Shown: positions 52,915 through 63,865 of the stretch, piece by piece
How positions within the stretch are numbered: the stretch's first letter is position 1
Layout: every line of letters begins with the position of its first letter
DNA from: a virus
Taxonomy: Duplodnaviria > Caudoviricetes
Direction: 5' to 3' (one strand)
Length of the DNA: 64,000 bases
Virus record (IMG/VR): IMGVR_UViG_3300027759_000044
Notes under the pieces: generated by a model
What the model was told of the DNA's origin: nothing
What the model saw: the letters and a program-made list of their open reading frames with translations, nothing else
Database searches by the model: none
Translations under genes and position numbers: made by a program

Positions 52915-54041
52915 ATGTCGGTTACATAAAAGTATTTTGACGAGGTTACCTCATATACTTGAGGACCCGTGGAAGATTTTTTTGTTAGAAATCTATCGTC
53001 AATCATATTTACCCTAGTAACAACATTGTGAAAATATTTCTCTCTAATAGTAGACAATTCCGGATGTTCATAAAACCAAAAGAATTTATCTGTTCTACTA
53101 GCACTATTTGGTTTGTCCGCTTGAAATCGATTATCCCAATTACTATATAATAAACTCCTAGACAAATCATTTTGAAACTGGTTAACTATGACTTTTTCTT
53201 CAGGTGGCCTAGTTGTAATATTCCATAGAAATTTTTGCTTATCAGGATTTGCTTTATAATATAACGCTAATTGATATGCCTGTTCAAAAGGTAGTATAGG
53301 GAAATCAGGCGTCCAATAAAAACACTCAGTATTTTCTGAATCAATGTTTCCACGTCCAGCCTGATCCAAACATACATCAGTAAAAAACATATAAATCTTT
53401 TGTTTATGAGTAAACAATAATGGTTTATCTATGCCATATATATGCGATACTTTTTTACTGTTAAAATACAGATTACTATCAGACATTACACTGTTTAGTA
53501 AAATACCACCACCCCTTACAAAATTCAATTTTTCAAAAATTTCATCAACATTTAACGTATCAATTGATTCAGTGTAATCTTTAATTGTTATTTTAACGTT
53601 TGGTTTGTTTTTTGCCATCCATTCAAGTATCGGTTTAATAGCATAATTCCATTCACTCCAGTAGTTTCTTGCTGAGGTATCACTACTGTTCGGGGAATAG
53701 AACATACCATCCATTAATGTTTTGGGCCACTTTACACAAACCTCATCTAGTTTGATGTCATTATCAACAAAGGTGCGTAGTATGTTGTGGCTATCTGCGC
53801 CACCACTATAATACAATATCAAATAATCATATGTATCCCTGAGTTGTTGCGCTCTATCTCTATACAACTCATTAAGTGAACGTTTGCCTAACTGAGACCG
53901 ATCAAAGTTATTCCACACGTTATTGTGATAGTGAAAATTTATTGGAAAGGTAGTTGGGGATGCACTTACTAATGCATCATATTTGTTCAAATATTTTTGA
54001 TCATTAACTGTCCAATAGCCATATTTCTCTGTTTGAATCAT
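52911..54041 (-). CDS. PP-loop adenine nucleotide alpha-hydrolase-like protein
   Basis: YYSGGADSHN motif. Confidence 0.75.
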   Translation of the reverse strand: MIQTEKYGYWTVNDQKYLNKYDALVSASPTTFPINFHYHNNVWNNFDRSQLGKRSLNELYRDRAQQLRDTYDYLILYYSGGADSHNILRTFVDNDIKLDEVCVKWPKTLMDGMFYSPNSSDTSARNYWSEWNYAIKPILEWMAKNKPNVKITIKDYTESIDTLNVDEIFEKLNFVRGGGILLNSVMSDSNLYFNSKKVSHIYGIDKPLLFTHKQKIYMFFTDVCLDQAGRGNIDSENTECFYWTPDFPILPFEQAYQLALYYKANPDKQKFLWNITTRPPEEKVIVNQFQNDLSRSLLYSNWDNRFQADKPNSASRTDKFFWFYEHPELSTIREKYFHNVVTRVNMIDDRFLTKKSSTGPQVYEVTSSKYFYVTDI

Positions 54042-54055
54042 ACCTAATAGGAGGT

Positions 54056-54355
54056 CTATTCAAATATTTTAGGGCCGATGGTAATTCCAACTGCTTCGTT
54101 GTATGCATTTCTTATATCCCAGTATGGAGTAAGATCAGGATCTACGTCATATTCGTCAAAATCTTCACGACTGGCCCAAACTCCCTCATAAAACATTTGC
54201 AATCCATCTTCGCTAAATGAAACGTTATATGAAATATGCTTACCCGAATCTATATATGTTTGAAGTTTTAATTTAAATTCTGTAGATGATAGTATATTAC
54301 CATGCCATGGTATATCTACTGATGGTCTTGTATATTGTCTTTTAATTTTAATCAT
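54056..54355 (-). CDS. Hypothetical protein (start 54355)
   Basis: AGGAGG RBS. Confidence 0.7.
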   Translation of the reverse strand: MIKIKRQYTRPSVDIPWHGNILSSTEFKLKLQTYIDSGKHISYNVSFSEDGLQMFYEGVWASREDFDEYDVDPDLTPYWDIRNAYNEAVGITIGPKIFE

Positions 54356-54372
54356 TAACTTACCTCCTGTTA

Positions 54373-55023
54373 TCAATTATTTATCAAAGTTCTAGTTTTC
54401 ATGGGATTGGCTTCATCTTTGGGGCCTGAATCACTGTCTGGATGAAATACCATAACAGATAAAGAGTCATCGGTTGTCTTAAATCTATGTATGGTGTGTC
54501 TAGGTAAATTATATACCTGTCCGGGAATTAAAGGTATTTCTGAATCTTTTAAAGAACATACTCCTTGTCCACTTAATATAAGTATGATACGAACACTAGG
54601 GTGCGTATGAAAAGTTTGGTCTGTATTTTTTGGAATAAACAAATAGTTAACGCACGGATCACCGTTTCGTGGAGGATCAATTATATTACTATTACTACAA
54701 CCATCAATATAACTTAAATGTCCAGGAGTATTTACATTATTCAATATAGTAGCTTTGTCATCAAGACCATTAAATCCCGTGGCATGTATAATAACAATTT
54801 TTCCAGTATTATCCATTTTTGATAAGGTAATTTTTTTACGTGTAGTTACTGCAAAACACCCAGAGATCGAAAAGTCGTCAGTATTACATTTTGCATGTGT
54901 GGCCATAATAAATTTACAATGACTTGTTTCACTAATGGTATCAATGGCGTCTGATTGATTAGTTACCGATAATATAGTCCTATCAGATATATAAATTGTT
55001 TCATTGGTTTTAATTATATTCAT
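54373..55023 (-). CDS. Cupin-domain protein
   Basis: QTFHTHPS.R..LILSG.G, G....LP....H.F. Confidence 0.8.
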   Translation of the reverse strand: MNIIKTNETIYISDRTILSVTNQSDAIDTISETSHCKFIMATHAKCNTDDFSISGCFAVTTRKKITLSKMDNTGKIVIIHATGFNGLDDKATILNNVNTPGHLSYIDGCSNSNIIDPPRNGDPCVNYLFIPKNTDQTFHTHPSVRIILILSGQGVCSLKDSEIPLIPGQVYNLPRHTIHRFKTTDDSLSVMVFHPDSDSGPKDEANPMKTRTLINN

Positions 55024-55907
55024 TTTAAATAATCTCGGTGTATCTTAACAATATCTCCTATTCCACTAGACCAATTAGTAATATTAGTCCCGTAAGAATG
55101 CAAATGGTCAAATAGTAATTTCCAATAATATTGATTTTCAAAATTTAAAGTTTTTATGGGGGATAACAAATTTAATCGATCTTTAATATTTTGTAAAAAA
55201 TTAGTCTTAGGATCGTAACGATACTTTCCATTTGATATTAATTCAGTACTATTTAGTATATGATACCATAGATTAAAATCTGTACTAAAGAAATTACCCT
55301 CACCTTTTTTCTTATAATACTCAAGGCTAAGGTTATATGAAATCTCGCTTAAATGCATAGGTACATATAGATAATTAGGGTCATAATAGGTTATTTTTTC
55401 ATTAAAAAGTTTTGAATACTTTACATCATTGGTTTTTTCAATATCACCTTCACCTATTACAATATAATAATCGTCAGGTACATGTTTTATTAAATACGGA
55501 ACTGATGCATATGTTGGAAAACAAATTTTATGTATATTAAAATTATCAATACTTATGTTACTAAGTAGTTCATTGAATTTAATTGTAATCACATTTAGTT
55601 TAGTGTTGTATTTTTCAGCTATTTTTCTTACCAACAATAAATCTAATTCGTTTACATCTAATATATGAAGAAAATAATATTCTGTGGATATTTTTTGGTT
55701 ATAAAGAGACCTGGCAATAAGTTCACTATCTATCCCTGACAAAAATAAAGCAACAGTATTGCAGTTATTATTGATAATTGTATTTTTTAAATTGTTACAA
55801 GCTTGATCAATTGCATCAATAAAATCAATTGTGGTTATATCATCAATACCGTCTAACGAGTAACTAAATTCAAAAGAGACTGGATTAAAATTATAAATTC
55901 TTTTCAT
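55020..55907 (-). CDS. PP-loop-like protein (degenerate SGIDS)
   Basis: ALFLSGIDSE; IGEGD. Confidence 0.6.
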   Translation of the reverse strand: MKRIYNFNPVSFEFSYSLDGIDDITTIDFIDAIDQACNNLKNTIINNNCNTVALFLSGIDSELIARSLYNQKISTEYYFLHILDVNELDLLLVRKIAEKYNTKLNVITIKFNELLSNISIDNFNIHKICFPTYASVPYLIKHVPDDYYIVIGEGDIEKTNDVKYSKLFNEKITYYDPNYLYVPMHLSEISYNLSLEYYKKKGEGNFFSTDFNLWYHILNSTELISNGKYRYDPKTNFLQNIKDRLNLLSPIKTLNFENQYYWKLLFDHLHSYGTNITNWSSGIGDIVKIHRDYLK

Positions 55908-57006
55908 AATTTTTAATTATATTATCTGATTGATACACCGTATTGATATCTAAATTTTTATAAATTTTTAAATCACCACTTAATGAACCACTTCGTTGTC
56001 TTAAATATACAATATTTTTTAAACTTTGTCTTTTAGTTTTTTGCATATAAAAATCAGTTCCAATAAAATTACTTACTAACTTTTTAGCAGTAAATTTATA
56101 CGAATCCCAAGACCCGTAATTTTTAGGCTCATCTGAATACATTGACCACAATTGAAATTCATCTGAACTAAAGAAAGGAAAGTAGTCTTTTTCAATCCAG
56201 TCAGTATCAACCTCTGTAGCTATCCTACTAAACAGGAATACTCTATAATAAACATAAATCCATTTCCATGTAAAATTGTACCACCAAAATACATCCCACA
56301 TTGTATGATCTGTCCGGGGACACGATTCTAAATTTTTAATAAAAACACTTGTCCAAAAATGCGCCGCATTGGCATTAACTTTTTTACCTTCTGTTATAAA
56401 CTTAAATAACAAATTGTAATTTAATGGGCAAGATAGACTATTGCTGCCGGCAAACATTTCATAACTTTGTTGTATATCGGCGCCAAATAATTGATCATTT
56501 AGCTCACCGGATACATATATCATTTTAGTAATGTCTGTATCATTGTAACTGAAGTCACTGTTTACTACATTAAAGTGAGGACGTATAAAAGAATACCACA
56601 TCTCAGGATTTTCATCAATACTTTGCTTGTTCATAATTATATTAATTCTTTTTTTTGCTTTGTCCACACCTAAAAGTTTAATAAAAGAACACAATACTAC
56701 ACTAGAATCTATTCCACCACTGTACATTAGGTATATTGGTTTATCTATTTGAATCTGTCTATCTAATATTTGTTGAGTTTTTAATAAAGCACATTCTTCA
56801 TAACTATATGATTGATTATTACTAACAGGTATATTAAATCTGTCAGGCACATATGTATTAATAGGAAATTTAAATACCCGCGACCTATCGTTTAATCCAA
56901 TATTTTTATCACCAATAATTTTAAATAATTGTTTCCAGTATTCAGACTCTGAAAATTTATTAGCCTGATCAATAAATTGCCGACTTTGATATGCTATTAA
57001 TTCCAT
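55891..57006 (-). CDS. PP-loop / asparagine-synthetase-C-terminal-like protein
   Basis: MYSGGIDSS; SGE.NDQLFG resembles the AsnB G.G.DE.FG motif. Confidence 0.75.
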   Translation of the reverse strand: MELIAYQSRQFIDQANKFSESEYWKQLFKIIGDKNIGLNDRSRVFKFPINTYVPDRFNIPVSNNQSYSYEECALLKTQQILDRQIQIDKPIYLMYSGGIDSSVVLCSFIKLLGVDKAKKRINIIMNKQSIDENPEMWYSFIRPHFNVVNSDFSYNDTDITKMIYVSGELNDQLFGADIQQSYEMFAGSNSLSCPLNYNLLFKFITEGKKVNANAAHFWTSVFIKNLESCPRTDHTMWDVFWWYNFTWKWIYVYYRVFLFSRIATEVDTDWIEKDYFPFFSSDEFQLWSMYSDEPKNYGSWDSYKFTAKKLVSNFIGTDFYMQKTKRQSLKNIVYLRQRSGSLSGDLKIYKNLDINTVYQSDNIIKNYEKNL

Positions 57007-57596
57007 ATACGTAATCTTTCTGCAAATTCATGAATCATCATTTCCAATTTTTCTACATCGTTCTCTAATATTATTTGCTCAGTATAACAATCAACAACCG
57101 ATTGCACCTTAATTAATAAACCTTTGTAACTATTAATTTTAATCTCAATATCTTTTATTGCCTCATGTCTTGGTAATTTCCTATACTCCAAGTATTCTGT
57201 TAAATATTTTTCTTCATTACCAGCAAGCATAGATTCGAACAAATGCGGAATATACGGATTTATAAAATATGAACAATGCGATATTGGAGTAGCCACAAGA
57301 TTATACAAATGTTCTATTACTGATTTTTTTGTAAATGTTAATTCTTTTTTTTGAATGATTGCTGTATTTACTTCAATGTTATCTAATACAGTTATTATTC
57401 TGTTTTTATAAAGTATACACATATTTTTAATATTGTGGTCGGTAATTGTATCATAAAAGGTACTATGTATGCCTGCCTTAAAAATTGTCAATACTTCTAC
57501 ATCTATTATGGCGTTTTTGATCGCAGTGGCAACTTTGGAATCTTCAGTTTGTGATAGGATTAGGCTAGTCTTTATATCTACAATGATATGTTTCAT
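56997..57596 (-). CDS. Hypothetical helical protein, first gene of late operon
   Basis: TATAAATA 5 nt upstream. Confidence 0.7.
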   Translation of the reverse strand: MKHIIVDIKTSLILSQTEDSKVATAIKNAIIDVEVLTIFKAGIHSTFYDTITDHNIKNMCILYKNRIITVLDNIEVNTAIIQKKELTFTKKSVIEHLYNLVATPISHCSYFINPYIPHLFESMLAGNEEKYLTEYLEYRKLPRHEAIKDIEIKINSYKGLLIKVQSVVDCYTEQIILENDVEKLEMMIHEFAERLRIWN

Positions 57597-57601
57597 AAAT
57601 C

Positions 57602-57609
57602 TATTTATA
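57602..57609 (-). promoter_or_regulatory. Perfect T4 late promoter TATAAATA
   Basis: Heads the tightly packed 57596-52024 operon. Confidence 0.7.
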
Positions 57610-57641
57610 TTAAAAATTTTAAGGTAGATAAAAATATAAAA

Positions 57642-58229
57642 TTAAATTAAATTATTAAAACTTTTTTTAGATAGAGATTTGGCAATTTCACTGAAGGAAG
57701 GGAAACCGTCAAATTTTGTTTGTATTATTATTCTAGGTTTATCTCCAATACACTTAAAACTATGATAGGTATCTACATCTAACGCATACACGTCTCCAAT
57801 TTCATTATGTAATTCTTCTATAAATGGAACATTTTCATATGCATATATGTCGGTATTTCTACTCTTACCCAAATTGGTTGAGTATTTGAGGGTTGATATA
57901 CTATTAATATAATCTTCATCATACCAGCGTACCCAATCATCAAAATTACATGATATGGCAATATTTAATGCACTTTGGCATTTAAAGCCATCTTTATGAA
58001 TTCTATACCCATGGCCAGGATCTGAATAAAACGCTTTTTGTATACGCCCGATTTCTGAACATTGTATTTTCAATTCTGTATTAATAAACAATTTTAAAAA
58101 TTCATTGTTGAGATACTCATCAAAATGGATCCATTGGTACGGTATATTTGGTTGTTTTCTTTTTAATATTTCAATTAAAAAGAAGTCAATAGTCTCCTTA
58201 GGCAATTTACCCAATTTTAGATATTTCAT
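57642..58229 (-). CDS. AspH-like 2OG-Fe(II) hydroxylase
   Basis: IHKD, ALNI, HS.....PR. Confidence 0.65.
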   Translation of the reverse strand: MKYLKLGKLPKETIDFFLIEILKRKQPNIPYQWIHFDEYLNNEFLKLFINTELKIQCSEIGRIQKAFYSDPGHGYRIHKDGFKCQSALNIAISCNFDDWVRWYDEDYINSISTLKYSTNLGKSRNTDIYAYENVPFIEELHNEIGDVYALDVDTYHSFKCIGDKPRIIIQTKFDGFPSFSEIAKSLSKKSFNNLI

Positions 58230-59532
58230 TTTTTTCTATCATTTCTACTATTTTAGGAAATACAGATTTCCAATCTGTGTTTCTAGTGCCATCAAGATAG
58301 TTCATAAATTTTAAAAATTCTTTGATGCTATCAGGTTTATGAAATTCATCACCCGTATGATTTTTTAAATATGTTATAATCATATCTGCTTTTACAGAGT
58401 TGTGTTTATTCTCAATATAATACTTTATTAAATCTTGCTTTGATTGATCTGATAATGACGATACAGACAACCGTTCCGGGCCTTCTAAAAATCTTAGATG
58501 AAAGTCTACACCAATTGACTTGCACCATTCTTCACTTTCAATAATACTATAGCAAGTTGGAATTTGAAAGCATGTACTGACTGACATTAATTTTATTTTG
58601 TTGTTAGAATCAATTTGATATTGTTTTAATTTGTTAATATTAGTTTGAAACTTTTCCCACTTGCCACCAAATCGTATCAACTCATATTGATCTCCTATTG
58701 CATCCATACTAGCACGAATATGCACTTTCTTAAAATGACTCCAACGTTGTGCTATCTTATCATTAATAGCACTAGCATTTGTATCATATTCTAACCATAT
58801 ATTTTTAGCATACCCCGATTCAATTAATTTATCAAGCATAATATCGTGTGCAGGAGTGACCATTGGTTCCCCACCTGTAATATAGATATGCTTTAAATGC
58901 GGCATCATTTCTTCAAATTTGGGCCACCATCTAGGATCTTCAAACCATTGTAATTCCGGTGGCTCTATCCATTTATTTGTTGTTAAATTTTTGGTAACAG
59001 TTATCTTAGTTCCGTGCCCAAATGAGTTAGTATTAAAATAATCAAAATGTTCCTCGTACCATAAATTACTAAACACCGGACTACACATTACGCATTTTTG
59101 ATTACATAAATTACCAAACCGAATATCTAACGAATTGGGCATCCAATCTACATTGCCCTGCTCATCTATTTTATTTTTTGAATAATTAGATTCAGAAACA
59201 ACATCATTATTTTCAATATTCATCAAATAAAGTCTACGACTTTTATTTTTATGTTCCCTGTCATGATTTGTGATTATTTCTCTATTTTCACAACAATCGC
59301 AATGAGGGCTCCATTTATCAGGATTATTAGTATTAAATAATCTCACCTGACGATGTTTATCGCTATTCATAATATCGTTGATACTATGGGTTAGTATATG
59401 CATAATATTGCCATCTTTATCTCTGGCTCTCTGCATATCTAAACTTTTATCTGAATTTGTACCAATTGAACATAATCTGATATAACCATCAGGTAAAATA
59501 TGCATTCCGTTCCAAACTGTTTTACAAAACAT
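58207..59532 (-). CDS. Radical SAM protein with N-terminal Twitch/SPASM-like domain
   Basis: CNQKCVMC, GGEP, TN, S.DA.G...E.IR; N-terminal FC..W...LC and C..C. Confidence 0.92.
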   Translation of the reverse strand: MFCKTVWNGMHILPDGYIRLCSIGTNSDKSLDMQRARDKDGNIMHILTHSINDIMNSDKHRQVRLFNTNNPDKWSPHCDCCENREIITNHDREHKNKSRRLYLMNIENNDVVSESNYSKNKIDEQGNVDWMPNSLDIRFGNLCNQKCVMCSPVFSNLWYEEHFDYFNTNSFGHGTKITVTKNLTTNKWIEPPELQWFEDPRWWPKFEEMMPHLKHIYITGGEPMVTPAHDIMLDKLIESGYAKNIWLEYDTNASAINDKIAQRWSHFKKVHIRASMDAIGDQYELIRFGGKWEKFQTNINKLKQYQIDSNNKIKLMSVSTCFQIPTCYSIIESEEWCKSIGVDFHLRFLEGPERLSVSSLSDQSKQDLIKYYIENKHNSVKADMIITYLKNHTGDEFHKPDSIKEFLKFMNYLDGTRNTDWKSVFPKIVEMIEKNEISKIG

Positions 59533-59543
59533 AAATTTCCCTA

Positions 59544-60119
59544 TTATTTATTTAAATCAAATACCATTAATATTAAGTCTTGAGAACTGTTATTATGGTA
59601 TTTGTGTATTTGCCTATGATCAAAATGATAAAGATAGCCTGGTCTAACCGGAAATATAGTATCATTTATTATTTGTATCATTTCATCATTACCTGTATAA
59701 TAAAATTGATAACGATTTATGGTATCCCAATACGGACCATCAGTATCACAATGTGAATATATTTGCTTTTTTGTACCTAGACAAGTTACATATGCTCTTG
59801 TTATAATCTTAGAATCTGTTGGATCTATGATTTTTTTTAATCTATCTAACAATAAAAATGTTTCTACAAATTTATCTTTATCTGATTTTATCAAACCTTT
59901 TGTGTCCCTGATAAGATGTGATGATATGCATTCTCTTAGTGGCCCGGTTTTAATATACACGGGATTATACGAATGTGCGGTAAATATATTTTTATTTTTT
60001 AATATTTCATTATAGCTATTTTCATATCCCTCAACTGTTTCTAACAAGGTTGTAATATTTGGTTTTAAATAATACCCCCTGTGAGTATTCCAAGTATCTT
60101 CAATATTTTGTTTATTCAT
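59544..60119 (-). CDS. AspH-like 2OG-Fe(II) hydroxylase (start 60119)
   Basis: I..HCD..G.YW....R, FDH...H...N. Confidence 0.7.
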   Translation of the reverse strand: MNKQNIEDTWNTHRGYYLKPNITTLLETVEGYENSYNEILKNKNIFTAHSYNPVYIKTGPLRECISSHLIRDTKGLIKSDKDKFVETFLLLDRLKKIIDPTDSKIITRAYVTCLGTKKQIYSHCDTDGPYWDTINRYQFYYTGNDEMIQIINDTIFPVRPGYLYHFDHRQIHKYHNNSSQDLILMVFDLNK

Positions 60120-60157
60120 ACTTGTATTTAACAATGATAAATATAATTTAATATAAT

Positions 60158-60760
60158 ATGTTAATCAAAACTTTATTTAAAATCCCAGATGCCGTTTTTA
60201 ATCCTGCCGCAGAAGAAATTGCGACTATTGATTGGATCAATTTTAATATTGATTCTGTTCGTGGTAATCGGCCGGAATTTAAAAATTGCCTTACTATACC
60301 AATTCGCGGGGTTCGCGGGGTCAATTTAAGAGAAAATTGTAATAGAAGTCATGCAGAAAATTTAACTATAACTGAATGTTATGATAAACCTAAATTTATT
60401 GTAATATATCCTTCAACCTTTACTTTAGCTGAATGGATAAGCAAAGAATTAGGTGGGCTTGTGTTAGGAAAAATAATGATAGTTAACTTGTTACCGCATG
60501 GTAAAATACCTATACATTGTGATTCAATGAGCCCCGGGGATTATTCTACTGTGTATTCACGATTTCATATACCATTTAAAACTAATGAGAAGGTTCTTTT
60601 TTACGGGGATGATAGTTATGATTTTCCTGAACATGTACCATACGGTATGCTAAGCCAATTGAATAATATGGCGCAACACCGGGTAGAAAATCACAGCGAA
60701 GAGGGACGAGTTCATGTTATAATAGATGTTGCATTACCCGGTGGTAATTACATATTTTAG
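60158..60760 (+). CDS. Aspartyl/asparaginyl beta-hydroxylase-like protein
   Basis: L.P.G.I..H.D, RFHIP..TN, NN...H.V.N.....RVH.IID. Confidence 0.85.
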   Translation: MLIKTLFKIPDAVFNPAAEEIATIDWINFNIDSVRGNRPEFKNCLTIPIRGVRGVNLRENCNRSHAENLTITECYDKPKFIVIYPSTFTLAEWISKELGGLVLGKIMIVNLLPHGKIPIHCDSMSPGDYSTVYSRFHIPFKTNEKVLFYGDDSYDFPEHVPYGMLSQLNNMAQHRVENHSEEGRVHVIIDVALPGGNYIF

Positions 60761-61356
60761 ACTTTTAAATTATACGAAATTATAATTCTTTTGGTATCAG
60801 CTTTGATAAAATCTACCCAATGAGCATGATGAGTATTTAATATTACAACATCTCTGTCATTCATTTGATATTGATAAGAAGGAATATCTTTGGTTCTTTT
60901 CTTATCTTTTGATTCACTAACATTAGTTATTGCGTTTGATGAGTTTTTTAAACCTATATTAAGTGCATATTCTCTTAAATCCACATGTGGTGTTACTGAT
61001 CTTTGACATTCTATTAATCTTACAAATCTGGGTTCAAATGATGCGGTATTGATAAAATGTTCAACAAGTACAGAATTTATGTTTTCATGTTTAATAGTGT
61101 TTTTTAATATAGTTAAATTGTCGCAAATATTAATACATTCGTCAGTAAAGAATTTCCAAAAAGTATGACTTGTATTTACTCCGCTAGGGTATATTTGAAA
61201 GCAAGGATAAGTTATATTCTTGACTGGATAATGCTCACCATCCGGACCGACTGTTTCATCAACAATGTAATTGTTCATTTTACTTAAAACTGATTCAACA
61301 TCCCAATCGACTTTAAAATCTTTTCCTAAATGACAAAATAAATCATTTTTATTCAT
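60757..61356 (-). CDS. AspH-like/cupin 2OG-Fe(II) oxygenase
   Basis: V.PHVD.R..ALNI, LNT...HWV, R..IS. Confidence 0.7.
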   Translation of the reverse strand: MNKNDLFCHLGKDFKVDWDVESVLSKMNNYIVDETVGPDGEHYPVKNITYPCFQIYPSGVNTSHTFWKFFTDECINICDNLTILKNTIKHENINSVLVEHFINTASFEPRFVRLIECQRSVTPHVDLREYALNIGLKNSSNAITNVSESKDKKRTKDIPSYQYQMNDRDVVILNTHHAHWVDFIKADTKRIIISYNLKV

Positions 61357-62147
61357 AGCAAAACTTTAAAAATGTTACATGGGTCCCATTCCCACCGTTT
61401 ACCACTTACACCTTTACCAAAATCATATGACGCAGGTGCATGATGATGATTGTTGTGCCATCCTTGTCCCCATGCTAGATACCCTAATATAATATTATTT
61501 TGTGAATTATCTTTGGTTTCAAAATTTCTATATCCAAACCAACCTTTAACATGACCAAACACATTAACTAAATTATCTTGTGTAGATCCAATTAATGTTA
61601 CCAACCAAAATGCAGTTAATGCTAACTTCCAGTCAAACATTGCAACTAATGCAGGAACTGTCCATAGTATTTTAATACTATGTTTGTGGAAGAATACATG
61701 ATTTGGTTTTCTTAACAAGTCAACTGCATATTTTAAACCAATGGGGTTATCTTTCTCAGTAACTTTAAAGTACCATCCCACAAACGCAGTTTTCTTATCA
61801 TATGTAATTGGGCTATGCAAGTCTTTTACAGTGTCGCTATGTGGATGATGGTATCCTCTATGCATTGCCGCCCAAAATATACTTCCACCTTGACCTGCAA
61901 ATGTAGCAAAGAATAGAATAATATTCTCTTTCCATCTAGGTAAGTGATATGTTCTATGACTGAATACTCTATGATATCCTACAGCGATTCCCAAACCGCA
62001 AACTAATACCCACATAATGAATGTTGCAATAAGATAGTATGGAGGTATAACACCAACTACAAGTAGTCCAATTGTAAGTAGCCCAAATATCCATGCAGGA
62101 ACAAATTGAAACCAAAATGATTTGGATATTGTTTGTAGATAATTCAT
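61353..62147 (-). CDS. Membrane fatty-acid (delta-9-type) desaturase
   Basis: GYHR..SH, HRGYHH.HSD..D.HSP, GWHNNHH boxes. Confidence 0.93.
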   Translation of the reverse strand: MNYLQTISKSFWFQFVPAWIFGLLTIGLLVVGVIPPYYLIATFIMWVLVCGLGIAVGYHRVFSHRTYHLPRWKENIILFFATFAGQGGSIFWAAMHRGYHHPHSDTVKDLHSPITYDKKTAFVGWYFKVTEKDNPIGLKYAVDLLRKPNHVFFHKHSIKILWTVPALVAMFDWKLALTAFWLVTLIGSTQDNLVNVFGHVKGWFGYRNFETKDNSQNNIILGYLAWGQGWHNNHHHAPASYDFGKGVSGKRWEWDPCNIFKVLL

Positions 62148-62734
62148 AAATTTCCTCCAATTGGTAATATATTCCTATATTCTTGTTTTAAATAATTACA
62201 TCTTACAATTGAATCTTCTGGTAATAGTAGTCTCTTATATAGCAATTCCCATGCATTTACATAAAAACATTTATTTTTTGATGGTACAATGAATTCATCA
62301 AAATATCCATAACGCTCATTGTTATATTTACTCCAATGGAATCTTCTTAAAAGTCTAGTATGTCTGCTATGAGTCAATGTATAAAACTTTAATCTTCCAT
62401 TACTTTCGTTGTATTTTATAACTTCATCTAATACTTCTTTTAATAAATTATTATCGCCGGAGCTTCTATATAAAGTATAAAACCAACTTGGTTCTTCTAC
62501 ACTTTCATAAAATGATATTAATGCTTTTACTATTCCATCTTTCACATAGCCAAACGCATGATAATTATTCAAATCACTCAAATAGTTAGCACAAAATATA
62601 TCATAAGTTAGTGCATTTAACCCGGTATTTTCTACTTGATATACCTTATCACTATCAATTCCCATATATTTTGAATGTTTAAAAATATCTCTAACAGCAA
62701 GTGCATGTTTACTTGTTAATTTAACAACCGACAT
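62144..62734 (-). CDS. Hypothetical protein, possible GNAT-like acyltransferase (start 62734)
   Basis: Beta-strand/helix pattern AFGY..DG.V.A.IS...LL..V...I.Y....G; weak. Confidence 0.45.
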   Translation of the reverse strand: MSVVKLTSKHALAVRDIFKHSKYMGIDSDKVYQVENTGLNALTYDIFCANYLSDLNNYHAFGYVKDGIVKALISFYESVEEPSWFYTLYRSSGDNNLLKEVLDEVIKYNESNGRLKFYTLTHSRHTRLLRRFHWSKYNNERYGYFDEFIVPSKNKCFYVNAWELLYKRLLLPEDSIVRCNYLKQEYRNILPIGGNL

Positions 62735-63650
62735 AGTTTTCCCCAAATAATTGTGCGTACAAATCATCTATAAAGATTCCGTCTAAACTAGATTCTAATC
62801 TTTTGGTATGACTTAAATATAATGAATTGTAGGTTTCTCCGTTAAAACCCATCAATTTTTCATAACCGTGTGTTTTTACTTTATCTAAGATATCAGGCAT
62901 TAATTCTTTAAGAATATCATTCTTAGAACTTACACTAGATGTTTTATAATTATATCGTTCCGTAATTAGCCATTGTATTTTAGGGTGCTCTAAGTAATAT
63001 CCCATCATTTCGGGAGTATAGCTAAACCATTCATTGACTAATGGAATACCATATTTTAAACTAAATCGCATTGCACTAGCATCTTCATTTTCTCTGAAAC
63101 AATAATACCATTTACTGCCATTTAGAAAAGTATGTCTACGTAACATCATTTCCCCGCCCATAATTGCCGGTAATTTCATTTGACGAATATGATGATAAAC
63201 CGTTAAATATGCCATTTGTCTACATTGTATATCTGCGGCAAATTCATATGCTTGACCACTATGATAAAAATCCTTTACATCAAATTCAACTGATTCCAAT
63301 TTCATACCTATATCATCCGTGATACGTTGTGCTATTTGATAGTCAGAAATGTTGTAATCATTTTTAAATTTAATAAAAACAACTCTAGGGTTTACTCCAA
63401 TATGCTTAAAGGCTCGCAATACTATTTCACTATCAGTGCCGCCGCTAAACATTACTACAAAATCATTGCCATATTCTTTGTGTATCAAGTCAGCAGTACG
63501 ATATTGTTCTTCTAACCAATTACTTGTTTTATAGTAATCCAGGTCTATTTTACCTACATTCACTTTAAATTTATCACAAGGTGTCTCACGATTACCAAAT
63601 AATATATCGCCAATTGAATACGTTAAGTGATTTTTATATGTGAAGTTCAT
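62721..63650 (-). CDS. PP-loop adenine nucleotide alpha-hydrolase-like protein
   Basis: MFSGGTDSE; MGGE; K..GYE. Confidence 0.75.
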   Translation of the reverse strand: MNFTYKNHLTYSIGDILFGNRETPCDKFKVNVGKIDLDYYKTSNWLEEQYRTADLIHKEYGNDFVVMFSGGTDSEIVLRAFKHIGVNPRVVFIKFKNDYNISDYQIAQRITDDIGMKLESVEFDVKDFYHSGQAYEFAADIQCRQMAYLTVYHHIRQMKLPAIMGGEMMLRRHTFLNGSKWYYCFRENEDASAMRFSLKYGIPLVNEWFSYTPEMMGYYLEHPKIQWLITERYNYKTSSVSSKNDILKELMPDILDKVKTHGYEKLMGFNGETYNSLYLSHTKRLESSLDGIFIDDLYAQLFGENYVGC

Positions 63651-63865
63651 TTCATAAGCGACATTAACTCAGCAACAGTGGATGCTTTTGCATCATCACT
63701 TACTTCATTAGCAGTAACTTCCTCATAATACACTTGTAACTCAACTACATCTAATGAGTCCAAACCTACTTCTAAAAGATTATCCGTCGGTGATAATTTA
63801 ATAGTTTTTTTAAAAAGCGTTAAAACTGCATCTTCAATAAATTTAATTTTTTCTTGGTCTGTCAT
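63647..63865 (-). CDS. Acyl carrier protein
   Basis: GLDSLD phosphopantetheine site; 72 aa, acidic. Confidence 0.9.
   Translation of the reverse strand: MTDQEKIKFIEDAVLTLFKKTIKLSPTDNLLEVGLDSLDVVELQVYYEEVTANEVSDDAKASTVAELMSLMK

Noticed and set aside
52911-57006. Lasso-peptide cluster based on AsnB-like genes
   Set aside because: No transglutaminase-like B protease, RRE or precursor with a Thr(-2)/Gly1 pattern was found.
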